The translations under genes were made by a program, and so were the position numbers. The notes under the pieces are model-generated. The model saw only the letters and a list, made by a program, of their open reading frames with translations, was not told the origin of the DNA and made no database searches. This document shows positions 13,144 to 25,722 of a stretch of 64,000 nucleotides of DNA, piece after piece (position 1 is the first letter of the stretch; each line of letters begins with the position of its first letter). Source of the DNA: Squalus acanthias (Eukaryota); assembly GCA_030390025.1 (NCBI GenBank), contig CM059432.1, forward strand, positions 115,136,001 through 115,200,000. Reading direction: 5' to 3'.

Positions 13144-13457
13144 CAGAAAGTGATAACCATTTGCCATGTGCAGTAACATCAATTTCAAAGTTGCCGGTTA
13201 TAGTGTTGAAGTGCTCTGCTTATGTCAGGCAGGAACAGCTGTGCTTACTTACTCGTTCGCACCTTGGTAAGGTGCAGTCTTGATCTTCTTGTTATGCTCT
13301 TGTGAATTACACAAGTTTTCAGGGTCATGTGTTCATTATATAACAAATTGAATGCGTTTTGTTGAGAGCGAAAAATGGAAAGCATTGAATTATTATCGAG
13401 CACTTTGGAATTTTAACCTCCAACATTATGCCACAAAACACATTATCAATGGCAAAC

Positions 13458-16400
13458 AACGTAGGTAGAAAGAGGGATGAGGTCCTGCAGGCAGAGTTTA
13501 GGGAGTTAGGAAAGAGATTATAGATCAGGACCTCAAGGGTAGTAATCTCTGGATTACTCCCGGTGCCATGAGCTAGTGAGTATAGAAATAGGAGGATAGA
13601 GCAGATGAATGCATGGCTGGAGAGATGGTGCAGGAGGGCTTCAGATTCTTGGGATATTGGGTCCGGTTCTGGAGGATGTGGGACCTGTACAGGCCGGACG
13701 GGTTGCACCTCAACAGGGCCGGAACCAATGTCCTCGCGGGAAGGTTTGCTAGTGCTGTTAGGGAGGGTTTGAACTAATTTGGCAGGGGGATGGGCACCAG
13801 GATGTAACATTAGAAAGAGGAAATAAAGTGCTCAAAAGAATTGGGAGAGGCAGCGAGCACTAAAGTAAGAAATAGTAAGGTATTAGTGTGAAGGAATATG
13901 CCATATTCAGAAAAATACACCATTCTATGAAATATTCTGGCTTTAAAACATGACATACTGGGATTGGAAATCTGGAAGCCTCAGCAATGGAAAAGCTAAA
14001 AACAGCATACAAGCTTTTGAGATAAGATAAGTTGTTGACACTGAAACAATACGCCTATTGAAGCAGAGGGTTAGAGCTTCCAGAAAGTCTCAAGCTTAGA
14101 AAGAACACAATACCATACCCTGGTTAAAGTGTTTTAAACCAACACTTTGAAATGAATCACATAAATTAAAGAAACATATGCCTTCATAAAAATGACATCA
14201 AGTAAAAGGAACACCTGCCGTCAAATCGTTTTTATGTTAAACTTAGAACACGGAGACAGGAGTCTGTGGTACAACCAGTTGAGGTAGCTAGGGGGACAAT
14301 GGTGTACCTGGTTGAGGTGTTTTTAATTTACATGTTGAAAAATATACAAACAGAAGACTTTCATAAATATGACACCAATAGATGCAACAGCCATCACATT
14401 GTTTTTGTGTTGAACTTGGAACGCCTTGGAGACACGAAGTCTGCTTACAACCAGCTTAAGGTGGCTTAAGAATTGAATAGAAGCCCTTTGTGAGAATGAC
14501 ATCAAATAGATACATCTGTTACAACCGTTTTTTATGATGAACTTGAAACACCTAAAGGAGAGACACGAGTCTGAAAGCTACAAGCTGAATTGACTGTAAG
14601 AATAGCAGGGGCCAACAGAAAAATGACTAGAGATAATTAGCTTACATCAGCAGAAAACTTCAAAGGATATACCACTGAGAAAGAGTATAAATATAGAACT
14701 TTCAAATAGGAAGACAGAATTCGCTGGAAGGGGCAAAGCGATTCTCAGACTTCAGAGGCATGCTCTGTAAGTTTTTGACTCTTTAAGTCTCGGGTATCAA
14801 GGTATTTGATTTTGGTGGATATCCTGGAACAAGACTAAGTAAGAAATGTAACGAAGTTAAGATTTGAGAATAAGGATCTCTGATGATAAGAATTGTAAGC
14901 TTTTTGTTTTTGGAATTGTTAAAGTTGCGATTGAATCACCAACTGTAAATTACATGTCGGTTCTTTAATAAATCTATATATTTTTAGAATTGTCTCAAAT
15001 AGTACTTCCGTATCAAACTCGCAAACTCAATCTCTGTACACTCTGGTGAGGAGTTGCAGAATTCTGGGGGAGTTTTCCGGACCCTCATAATATCCAAAAG
15101 GTTACAGTCTAGCTAAACTTATTAAAAGTGCTATCTGGAGGACGGTAACATCTTCAGGCTGTTCCTTTCCTTTAGGGAGAGACAGTCTGGACCTTTAGAC
15201 CCAATTAAGCCTCTTTAGGATCCGGCTACCTCTAACTTTAGTTGAAGGTGAACGTCTGGGGAATACGCCTGATCCGGGGTAGCCCGAAAAGGGCTAGGAC
15301 TCGTCATAATCCTTTCATTAGGTGGGGTCCAACTGAGAGAGAATACAGGATGGTCTAAGATGGGTTTACAGTGTATGTATGTGAACGCACGAAGCGTAGT
15401 AAACAAGGTAAGTGAGCTGCAAGCACAAATAGCCACATGGGAATATGATGTTGTGGCAGTAACTGAGACCTGGCTCAAAAAGGGGCAGGATTGGGTATTA
15501 AATATTCCTGGTTATAAAATGTTCAGGAAACATAGGGAAGGAAAGATAGGAGGTGGTGTGGAAGTATTGGTTAAGGAGAATGTTACAGTGCTGGAGAGGG
15601 AGGATGTCCTGGAGGGGTCAAGGACAGAATCTATATGGCTAGAGTTAAGAAATAATAGAGGTGCCATTACACTACTAGGTGTATTCTTTTGACCACCAAA
15701 TAGTGGTAAAGATATGGAGGAGCAGATTTGCAGAAAAATTACAGAGAAGTGTAAGAACTACAGAATAGTAATAATGGGGGATTTCAACTATCCTAATATA
15801 GACTGGGATCGTAATAGTGTTAAAGGCAGAGAGGGGAAGAATTTCTGAAGTGTGTTTAGGAGAACTTTCTTGATCAGTATGTTTCCGGCCGATGAGGGAG
15901 GAGGCATTGCTAGATCTGGTTCTGGGGAATGAGGTAGGTCAAGTGGAGCAAGTGCCAGTAGGTGAACATTTAGGGAACAGTGATCATAATATCATAAGGT
16001 TTAGATTAGCTATGGAAAAGGACAGGGAGCAATCTAGAGTAAAAATGTTTAACTGGGGGGAAGGTCAATTTCAGTAAGATAAGAACAGATCTGGCCCAGG
16101 TAAACTGGAATCAAAGATTGGCAGGCAAAACTGTAGTGGAACAATGGGCTGCCTTTAAAGAGGAAATAGTTCGGGTGCAGTCGAGGTACATTCCCACGAG
16201 GGAGAAAGGTAGGGCATCTAAAATCAGAGCTCCCTGGATGACAAAACAGATAGAGAATATGATGAAGCAGTAAAAGAGCGTGTATGACAGATGTCAGACT
16301 GCAAATACATCTGAGAATCAGGCTATATATAGAAAGGTCAGACGAGAAGTGAAAAAGAAAATAAGAGGTGCAAAGACAGGATATGAGATTAGAATGGCAG

Positions 16401-17822
16401 CCAACATAAAAGGTAATCCAAAAGTCTTCTATAGGCATATAAATAGTAAAAGGGTAGTAAGATGAGGGGTGGGACCGATTAGGCACCAAAAAGGAGACCT
16501 ATGCATGGAGGCAGAGGGTATGGCTGAGGTACTAAATGAATACATTGCATCTGTCTTCACCGAGGAAGAGGATACTGCCATAGACATAATGAAGGAGGGG
16601 GTAGTTGAGACAACACTTGATAGGATAAAAATTGATAAAGAAAAGGTATTAGAAAGGCTGGCTGTACTTAAAGTAGATAAATCATCAGGAGTGGATGGGA
16701 TGCATCCTAGGATGCTGAGGGAGGTCAAGGAGGAAATTGCAGACGTACTGGCCATAATATTCCAATCCTCCATAGATACGGGGGTGGTGCCAGAGGACTG
16801 GAGAATTGCAAATGTTACACCATTGTTCAAAAAAGGGAGCGAAGATAAACCCAGCAACTACACGCCAGTCAGTTTGACCTCGGTAGTGGGGAAGCTTTTA
16901 GAAACAGTAATCAGGGACAAAGTCAACAGTCACTTGGATAGGGGTAGATTAATTAAGGAAAGCCAGCACGCATTTGTTAAAAGCAAATCGTGTTTAACCA
17001 ACTTGATCGAGTTTCTTGATGAGGTAACAGAGAGGGTTGATGAGGGTAATGTGGTTGACATAGTGTACATGGATTTCCAAAAGGTGTTCGACAAAGTGCC
17101 ACATAATAGGCTTGCCAGCAAAGTTGAAGCCCATGGAATAAAAGGGACAGTGGCAGCCTGGATACGAAATTTACTAAGTGACAGGAAACAGAGTAGTGGT
17201 AAACGGTTGTTTTTCGGACTGGAGGAAGGTGTTCCCCAGGGGTCGGTTCTAGGACCACTGCTTTGCTTGATGTATATTAATGACTTGGACGTGGGTGTAC
17301 AGGGCACAATTTCAAAATTTGCAGATGACACAAAACTTGGAAGTATATTGAACAGTGAGGAGGACAGTGATAGACTTCAGGAAGACATAGACAGGCTGGT
17401 GAAATGGGTGGGCACGTGGCAGATGAAATTTAAACACAGAAAAGTACGAAGTGATGTATTTTGGAGAAGATTGAGAGGAGTTTTGATAGAGGTGTTCAAA
17501 ATCATGAGGGGTCTGGACAGGGTAGATAGAGAGAAACTGTCCCATTGGCAGAAGGGTCGAGAACCAGAGGACACAGATTCAAGGTAACTGGCAAAAGAAC
17601 CAAAGGTGACGCAAGAAAAAACTTTTTTACACAGTGAGTGGTTAAGATCTGAAAAGGGTGGTGGAGGCAAACTCAATTTTATCTTTCAAAAGGGAGTTGG
17701 ATAAGTATCTGAAGGAAAATAAATTGCAGGGCTCCGGGAAAGGCCAGGGGAGTGGGACTAGCTGAGAGTCGGAACGGGCTCGAAGGGCCTTCTTCCGTGC
17801 TGTAACCATTCTATGATTCTAT
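13458..17822 (+). mobile_element. CR1 LINE with ORF1 esterase remnant and disrupted EN-RT ORF2, interrupted by a solo LTR
   Basis: 13460-13795 encodes SGNH-esterase-like pieces (VVISGLLPVP, DGLHLNRAG). 15360 onward has endonuclease motifs (YVNARS, VAVTETWL, SDHN). RT at 16469-17587 (FADD). Tail attctatgattctat at about 17808-17822. Confidence 0.93.
13887..15317 (+). mobile_element. Solo LTR (1431 bp), Gypsy- or ERV-type
   Basis: TG...CA ends with inverted termini tgtgaaggaatatg / cataatcctttca; exact 4-bp TSD ttag; removing it rejoins the CR1. TATA-like tataaata at about 14686 and aataaa at about 14967 give orientation. Confidence 0.88.
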
Positions 17823-18589
17823 AAACCCATCCAACTTGTCTATAGTACCATACAGCGCTACCACATTATAACAGCAATTGCGTATAACGAGCAAATTGCG
17901 TTTGCACAAACGCACCCGCGGTAAGCAGTGGGGATTGTACCAGTGCCGTCCTGATGGCTGGGAAGTTTCTCAGAGCTGCTCCCACTTCACCACCATAACT
18001 ACACCTGTTCCACTGCACTTCCAGCAGACTTACACTGGCAGAGCAGGACCAACTCCAAGCAAATTCCTGGCTTGTGCTTTCCCACAACAGGTGGCAGATG
18101 TCGGTCATGGCGGCCTACTTACCTCAGCCTCCTCAAACACTCTTCCGCAGACGTGCCGAGTAAGTTATATGTTGGTGATATATCCACTGGACAGAGTCAT
18201 TTAGAGCACAGTGGTTAACATCTGACTTCTAAAACCAGAAATACTGTTGCTTCTGTTCCTCCTCTTCAACTTCCATATGATTAATGGCAGTAACCCATAA
18301 GTACACATCAGAATAATTGAACAGAGATAGGGGAAGAGTGGCAATGTGACCGAGTAGAAAACAAAAACAATAAAGTACAGAAAAAAAATGATTAAGTAAA
18401 TGGTGTTGGGAAACGTGTTTAATGAGTAACAAACCAATATGCATCATTCAAGTACTCAGCCATTCTAACGACAGCCTTAATGAAGATATGGATGGAAAAT
18501 CATGAGTAGCTTGTGCCCAAATTTGCAATAAGTACTTCTCTCCCACCAAGCTCTTACACTCAGATGCTGAAGAAGCATTCTGCCCCAAT

Positions 18590-19041
18590 AATATGTGGGT
18601 CGAGGTCGCGATCAGAGGGGGGGGGCGGTGGAAGAGGTGGCAGGCAGCGGCTTGCTGTTGCTGCTGTTTTATTGCGAGGTCGGAAGGAGCAATCTTGTTC
18701 CTCCAGTCCCTACATTCAGGTAAATATTTTTAACAAACTTACCTTTTTGGTGTTGGCCTGCAGCGGTCCTGCATGCCACATGTCAACCAGACCTGGTTTT
18801 TCTGCATCCAGTCAGTGCTGGCTGGTTCAGGGCAAGCCAGTATTGCAGAAGGGGCCTCAAACATGAGTTAGACACCTTATTTGCATATTCAAATGCCCCA
18901 GTGCCTGTTCCAGGTGCAGGACTGGGCGCCTATTTTTTTGCCTACACCAATATGGCAGGCGCTTCCTGTCTGGCATACTGGAGGCATAGGAAGCAGTTTA
19001 GTGCCCAAAAGACAGGCGACGTGTGATCAAATTTCTTGGCC
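18590..19041. mobile_element. Harbinger-type MITE fragment
   Basis: Right end aaatttcttggcc; 3' half similar to 23820-24110 and 5800-5955; left end not defined. Confidence 0.45.
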
Positions 19042-20071
19042 ATGATGTACTGCTAATGTAGTGAAACATTTCAATTATTTTGTTCAAAGCACTAAATTAT
19101 TCAGCAGTAACTCTGAATTAATGCATTTGATACAGAGGAAATTTTGGAGCCTATGTACTTTTTCCGGCCCAGTCATCCAGATGGAGAGTTTTGCAGCTCG
19201 GTTTGGTTGCTGGAAATGCCTCAATTAGAAAAGCTGGCAGTAAAAGATCACTGCAACTGATTTCTCTTCTCAGCAAGTGTGCAGCGGCACCCTCCTGTCA
19301 TACACCAATGGTAAAATCTAAAATAATTATGTAAATAAATTGATTTGTGGAACAATCGACTGCAGGAAGATATCAGTGGACTGGTCAGGTGGGTAGAAAA
19401 GTGGCAAATGGAATTCAATCTGGGGAAGTGTGAGGTAATGCATTTAGGGAGGGCTAACAAGGCAAGGGAATACACAATAAATGGTAGGACATTGAGAGGT
19501 GCAGAGGAACAGAGGGACCTTGGAGTGCATGTCCACAGATCCCTGAAGGTAGCAGGGCAGGTAGATAAGGTGGTTAAGAAGGCATACAGGATACTTGCCT
19601 TTATAGCTGAGGCATAAAATACAAGAGCAGGGGGGTTATGCTTGAACTGTATAAAACACTAGTTAGACCACAGCTAGAGTACTGAGTGCAGTTCTGGTCA
19701 CCACATTACAGGAAAGATGTGATTGCACGAGAAAGGGTACAGAGGAGATTTACGAGGATGTTGCCAGGACTGGAGAATTTTAACTATGAGGAAAGATTGG
19801 ATAGGCTGGAGTTGTTTTCTTTGGAACAGAGGAGGCTGAGGGGAGACTTGATTGAGGTGTATAAAATTATGACGAGTCTAGATAGAGTGGATAGGAAAGA
19901 CCTATTTCCTTAGCAGAGGTCAATAACCAGGGGGCATAGATTTAAAGTTATTGCTAGAAGGATTGGAGGGGAGTTGAGGAGAACTTTTTTCACCCAGAGG
20001 GTGGTGGGGGTCTGGAACTCAATGCCTGAAAGGGTGGTAGAGGCAGAAACCCTCATCGCATTTACAAAGTA

Positions 20072-20333
20072 CAGTAAACTCTTTCTTATCCGGCACCTAT
20101 GGGACCAGGATGGTGCCGGTTGATGAAAAATTCTGGGTAACAGAGAGGTATACCTACCAAGGCAATTTTTAACACAAACAAAAATAAAAAGCACTGACTA
20201 ACTCGGCTACCGCGGGAGACTCAGACTTGGCAAAACAAGTGCTGGATGGATTCGGCAAGATTACCGGTTATCTATTTTGCCGGTTATTAAAGTATTCCGG
20301 ATGATTAAGTGCCGTTTAAACAAGAGTTTACTG
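20072..20333. mobile_element. Tc1/pogo (Tigger-like) MITE
   Basis: TIRs cagtaaactct / agagtttactg, TA duplication, clean insertion into a CR1 3' region. Confidence 0.85.
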
Positions 20334-20438
20334 TACTTGAATATGCACTTGAAGTGTCGTAACCAACAAGGCTACGGACCAAGAGCTGGAAAGTGGGATT
20401 CGGCTGGATAGTTCTTTTTCGGCCGGCGCAGACACAAT

Positions 20439-21106
20439 GGGCTGGATTTTGATACTGGGGCAGGCTGGAGTCGTGTTATCCACTTTTCGTGTTATCCACC
20501 CGACTGCAATTGGATGTGGGAGATTGATGCGATTTTCACCTAATTGGGCAATTGAGTTCCAGCATGTGGGAACCCATGACCCAATTAGTGTTTTCAGTCT
20601 GAAAGTCGCCTCTGATGATGTCATCATTGCTGCTGCATTGAAGGTCTGCAAAGACTGCCTGGCCTTTGCTGTGAGAGGACCTGAAGGCAAAATGAGCAGC
20701 AGGAGCCCTAAGTCTGCTCCCAGATATTTTTGTACCACCACCACTCCCAGATATTATTATTCCTCCTCCTCCACCGCAATAGTGGACCTGATGGTCAGCT
20801 ATCGAAATGTGCTCCCGCCAGGTTTCACATTCGTGGTTCAGAACAGGCGTGCTTCACGTAGAAAAAGGGTTAAAATCACAAAGGCCTTTCAAAATGGCAT
20901 TATAGAGGCAATTTAGTGCTTGTTAAGGGCCTTAACAGCCTATCCCGCCTCTTAAAGGCGGGACAGAGGCGGGACCAGCACACGATTTAATGAAAATTGC
21001 GTGGAGGCGGGATGGAAGCGGGCTTGTGCCCGCCCACCAGTTTTTGCAATTTTAACCCCCCACACGCCTCCAAACCCACCTCCACGGGTCAATGAAAATT
21101 CTGCCC
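20439..21106. mobile_element. Harbinger-type MITE
   Basis: TIRs gggctggatttt / aaaattctgccc, exact TSD aat, inserted in CR1 3' UTR. Confidence 0.85.
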
Positions 21107-22014
21107 AATGGGTCAAATGGCCTCCTTCTCTGCTGTAAATTTCTATGCTTCTAATAAATAACATTGTGTACTTGGTGTCATCACCATAAGGTACTGACAA
21201 ACCTGGAATTAATGTCGAGCCAGCATCTTATTCAGTTAATATGGTCTCTTTAATATACATCCAAACACCTTAGTAGCACCAAACTACAGTGGTTAAGGTT
21301 TAAAGCAAGCCTATACAATAATTGGCTAGTCTCAAATTCAAACAAACAAAACTAAAAGCTTCACGTGCATTCCTCGGACTCTACATGAGAACAAGGAGGC
21401 AAACCTTCAGCACAGCTAAACATCAGACATGCAGAAAAGCAATAAGACCATTTTAGAAGTACATGAAATAAACATTGGTCCCGATTTCAAGGCCGGGTAG
21501 GTGAGAGGTGGGATCAGTAAGAAACTCACCCACTGCAGCAGGAAACAGGCCCGAGCTATTTGAACTCCCGGGCCTCATTAGCATAGCCGGAGCGGGCAGG
21601 AAGTGGGTGGGAAACAGCCGCCGGCCTGCGGAAAGTCAGGTGTCCATGGCTGCCCGCTGACATGCAGATAGGTGGGGGAAACTTTCCTTGTGGGGCTTGG
21701 AAGAACACTCCTGCTCCTCTAAGGAAGGTAACAAAACTCACCTTAAATGGCCCATTCTGGTCACAGATCCTCTTCTCGCTTGACTTTACCTGGCACGAAA
21801 CCCACAGCAGCTTCCCGACTCGGGCATGCATTAAAATAGCAGTCAGGGGCTGAAGACATCATTGGAACCGGGCCGGTAGGGTTCAACTCACGCCTGTTGA
21901 CTCTGACAGTGACATAGAGATAAAGCTACTGTACCCGATTATTAAAACAGAAAGGCCAAATAATAAAGAAATTTAAAGTACAATTTAATTTCAGAAAAAT
22001 ATATAAGTGCCATT

Positions 22015-22020
<6 letters not shown>

Positions 22021-22046
<26 letters not shown>
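22021..22046. repeat. (CA)n microsatellite
   Basis: About 13 CA units, read directly. Confidence 0.95.
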
Positions 22047-22175
22047 GGAACACTGATTGAACCCATGCAAAATACAGCAGGATACACTTGCGGTACACAC
22101 AGTTTGCAAGGTCTCTCTATGATGCCTGACCCTTCTCCAAATTTGAAGTGCTAAGTGTGGCACTATAAGAGACAT

Positions 22176-22342
22176 GGAGAGTCATTTTTAACCTTGCGCC
22201 TGGTCAGTTACCTGGTGGAGAGGATCACCTGTCCAATATTCGAGACACTGATTGCAATGGGATGGAAATCATGTAGGTTCTACAAGTGGGCAATCCACCT
22301 CGCCAGGTTACTGACCAGGTGGTGAATTTGAAAACTACCTCC
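22176..22342. mobile_element. Short fold-back (palindromic) non-autonomous element
   Basis: Arms cctggtcagttacctgg / ccaggttactgaccagg; a related half-copy lies at about 45680-45772. Confidence 0.55.
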
Positions 22343-22373
22343 ATACAACATTACATTACAACAACACTTACTA

Positions 22374-22728
22374 CAGGAAACTCTCTTTCAACCGGCACCC
22401 AAATAACCGGAAATCTCTCTTAACCGGCAAAATTCTTGAGTAGGTAACCGGGGTTTTCCTTCATCTCTCCTTTAAAAATAACTTTAAAAAAAACCCCGAG
22501 GCGTTTGCCTTGTATCGGAGCGTGTAGATTGGGAGGGGAATGTGCAGCCCGGGTAGGCAGCGGACACGACAGATGGTCAGCTGGCGGTCCCCGGGGAGAC
22601 GGAGCTCCGAATGCAGGCGCATGTCAGTGTGTACGGGGCTCTCGTACGTTGGGAGATATAACTCTCCGTTATCCGGACTTTTTGATTAACCGGCACCACG
22701 CCGGTCCCGGTTAATAAAGAGTTTCCTG
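22374..22728. mobile_element. Tc1/pogo (Tigger-like) MITE
   Basis: TIRs caggaaactct / agagtttcctg with TA on both flanks; internal aaccgg repeats. Confidence 0.85.
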
Positions 22729-23149
22729 TAGTTGGTAGAACCTTGAAACACATGTCCCACACGACACTACCACACAGTTTGGGCTTTTTCTGCTCCAATT
22801 TAATACATCCTGAAAGTGAGATATTACTGAAATTGCATGTTTGGCCTCTGGAGTTTGTCATACTTTCTGCATCTTTAGTACAGGTGGATGGCTCAGTGAT
22901 CAATTACATACACACAGTTAAAGGGAGGATTTCTGCCAGTCACTATTCATAGAGAAATCTTTAATGTGTATTTAATACACATGTTCACAATTTTACTATA
23001 AATAGGGAACAACTACAATCTCCCAGAGGCATTTCGGTATTCTGAATAGAATCAGTAGTTATTCTAATCATCTATTTAGAAGGTCGAAATTGTCAACTTC
23101 CTATCTAATCTTCTATCAACTTTACCTAAGAAAACAAACAATATAAAGG

Positions 23150-23495
23150 AACATAAGAACATAAGAAATAGGAGCAGGAGTAGGCCAATCGGCCCCTCGA
23201 GCCTGCTCCGCCATTCAATAAGATCATGGCTGATCTGATCCTAACCGCCAATCTACTATCTATCACAGAACCATCTCCTGCATCTAACAGAATTGCACAC
23301 ACGAAATAGGAGCAGAATCAGGCTACACAGTCCCTGGGCCCGCTCCACTACCCACAGGGCCATGACCGATCCGAACCTAGACTCATGTCCAAATTCCTGC
23401 CCGCTCCCCGTAACCCTTAATGCCCTTTACTTCTAGGAAACTGTCTATTTCTGTTTTAAATTTAATTAATGTTGTAGCTTCTACAGCTTTTTGTG
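23150..23495 (-). mobile_element. CR1 LINE 3' end
   Basis: Tail aacataagaacataaga plus ORF end KFKTEIDSFLEVKGIKGYGERAG. Confidence 0.8.
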
Positions 23496-23514
23496 GCAGC
23501 ATTATAAAGACAAT

Positions 23515-24110
23515 GGCCAGGAACGATCCCTGTGCCAGAATGGCTAAGCCCGAGGCACACCCAATGTTGGGCATCAGCCCGCCTTTACATGAGACCGGAG
23601 AGCTGCAGACGCCTGCTGGGGGTCTCCAGGCAGCTTGGTGGCAAAGAGAATTTCAATTTCAGGCTATTGCGTCTCTGGCAGCGGCCCTCAGGTAGGTCCT
23701 GGGAGGGGGATGTGCGGGGGGAGGGGAGCGATCAGTAGGGAGGGGTCGACCAGGAGAGGAGGAAAGTGAGCAGGTGTGGGAGGAGTGTGGGGCGGCAATG
23801 GACTTTGGCACTGCAGTGGAGGCGGGATTCAGGTAAGTAAGTTAAAAAAACTTACCTTTTTGGTTAGCCCGCATGTAGACCACACTTTCCTGAAAGCAGC
23901 CAACCATCAGGGCAGCCTCAGGCCACCGATTTCCATAGGGAAAGGGCCCAACGCCTGTTTCAGGTATGGTTCCTGGACGCCTCTTCCTGTGCCTTTATCA
24001 ATGCACTTATGGCACTTGGGTAGAACACAGGCCGCACTCGCCATATTGGATGCTTAGGCACCCGCTTTGCGTCTGAAAAACAGGCGCAGTGCCTTTCGAA
24101 TTTCTAGGCC
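23515..24110. mobile_element. Harbinger-type MITE
   Basis: Right end gaatttctaggcc; left end ggccagga weaker; flanks aat/att. Confidence 0.5.
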
Positions 24111-24929
24111 ATTGTGTGCAGAACACATATCTCAATAAATTGTTTTTGACCGTGAAGTCAGTTCGTCTACAGTTTAAAATCAGTCATCACCAGGAAGCAA
24201 GAGCAAAAATCTGTACTGATGTGCACTACATAATGGATAGGTTTTCTTTCTTCACCACCATCAACAAGAAGTCAAGCCATCCAATGCATGGGTCATCGAC
24301 CTCGTGAATTACTAGGATTTGACACTCTTTGGATAGCAATGCTCTCTACATAAACCATCATTTTGCTCCCATCTGCTGAAATCAGCATGTTCAAAAGTAA
24401 GATGTCACGCACAATTCTTTTTACTGAATTGTAAAGAAATGCCATTACCTTCCGGCTATAGCCGAATTCTATTTTTGATGACAGATATCCAGTCTAAAAC
24501 CCTATGTCAATTACTTTGATTCTGCTCTACATTCATCAGTGTCCTTCTGATCACACACACTCACTCTATAAAACTGCTGTCCTTTTGCAGTGCAATGGAT
24601 GAATCACTGCATCTTGATCTTCTCCATGCATTTTGATTGAAAAGAAACTAGCTTTTCTTTGCTCAGAGTAGATTTTCCAGTCCCAATGCAAAGCTGTGAC
24701 TGGGTCACAGTGAGTGAAAAACGCTCCCAGATTGCGGCATATTCTAACTTTGTGTTTTCTACCACAGTTTGAAGAATTTAAATAGTTTGTGCAATCTCTT
24801 AGCCTAGTTTGCAGCTGCAAGTTACATCTTTCAAGGGCTGAGACCATCTGATTGCTTTTGGGAACAAAAATGATTTGAGCCTTTCTAAAGGCTAAAAATA
24901 TTGTCAGCCTATATGTGGGGAAGGAGGAG

Positions 24930-25722
24930 GATTTTTTTATTAATTAATTCATGGGATGTGGGCGTCGCTGGCAAGGCCAGCATTTATTGCCCATCCCTAA
25001 TTGCCCTTGAGAAGGTGGTGGTGGTGAGCCGCCTTCTTGAACCGCTGCAGTCCGTGTGGTGAAGGTACTCCCACAGTGCTGTTAGGTAGGGAGTTCCAGG
25101 ATTTTGACCCAGCGACGATGAAGGATCGGCGATATATTTCTAAGTCAGGATGGTGTGTGACTTGGAGGGGAACTTGGAGGTGGTGGTGTTCCCATGCGCC
25201 TGCTGCCCTTGTCCTTCTAGGTGGTAGAGGTTGCGGGTTTGGGAGGTGCTGCCGAAGAAGCCTTGGCGAATTGCTGCAGTGCATCTTGTAGATGGGACAC
25301 ACTGTAGCCACAGTACGCCGGTGGTGGAGGGAGTGAATGTTTAAGGTGGTGGATGGGGTGCCAATCAAGCTGGGCTGCTTTGTCCTGTATGGTGTTGAGC
25401 TTCTTGAGTGTTGTTGGAGCTGCACTCATCCAGGCAAGTGGAGAGTATTCCATCACACTCCTTAATTGTGCCTTGTAGATGGTGGAAAGGCTTTGGGAGT
25501 CAGGAGGTGAGACACTCGCCGCAGAATACCTAGCCTCTGACCTGCTCTTGTTGCCACAGTATTTATGTGGCTGGTCCAGTTAAGTTTCTGGTCAATGGTG
25601 ACCCCCAGTATGTTGATGGTGGGGGATTCGGCGATGGTAATGCTGTTGAATGTCAAGGGGCGGTGGTTGGACTCTCGCTTGTTGGAGATAGTCATTGCCT
25701 GGCACTTCTGTGGTGCGAATGT
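24930..25722 (-). mobile_element. CR1-group non-LTR retrotransposon 3' fragment (family distinct from the main CR1)
   Basis: Frameshifted RT C-terminus: INILGVTIDQKLNWTSHI, MEYSPLAWMSAAPTTLKKL, LHHRRTVA, SKSWNSLP. Confidence 0.8.

Larger units (their letters stand above)
8320..13320. pseudogene. Highly degenerate Harbinger element (possible Myb-gene 3' part on +, transposase on -) split by two CR1 insertions
   Basis: Minus strand at about 12222-12263 reads GFPRVQRVIDCTD (HARBI1-family GFP..G.IDCTH motif) and about 12428-12453 reads VKVTAALN. The plus-strand 8400-8900 segment loosely resembles the low-complexity C-terminal exon of the other copies. Boundaries uncertain. Confidence 0.55.
19350..21147 (+). 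mobile_element. CR1 LINE 3' fragment carrying two nested MITEs
   Basis: ORFs 19345-19617 and 19686-19913 are CR1 RT C-terminal. The 3' UTR resumes after each nested insertion (aaagta|cttg; gacacaat|gggtcaaatggcctccttct). Confidence 0.88.

Noticed and set aside
18229..18300. EVEEEEQKQQYFWF resembling the RIMS2 alternative segment
   Set aside because: Immediately followed by a stop, and no suitable splice sites.
24449..24493. 45-nt minus-strand segment between ttttag and gtaatg as a RIMS2 micro-exon
   Set aside because: Contains TAG in the frame required by the phase of the downstream exon; no similarity to RIMS proteins.
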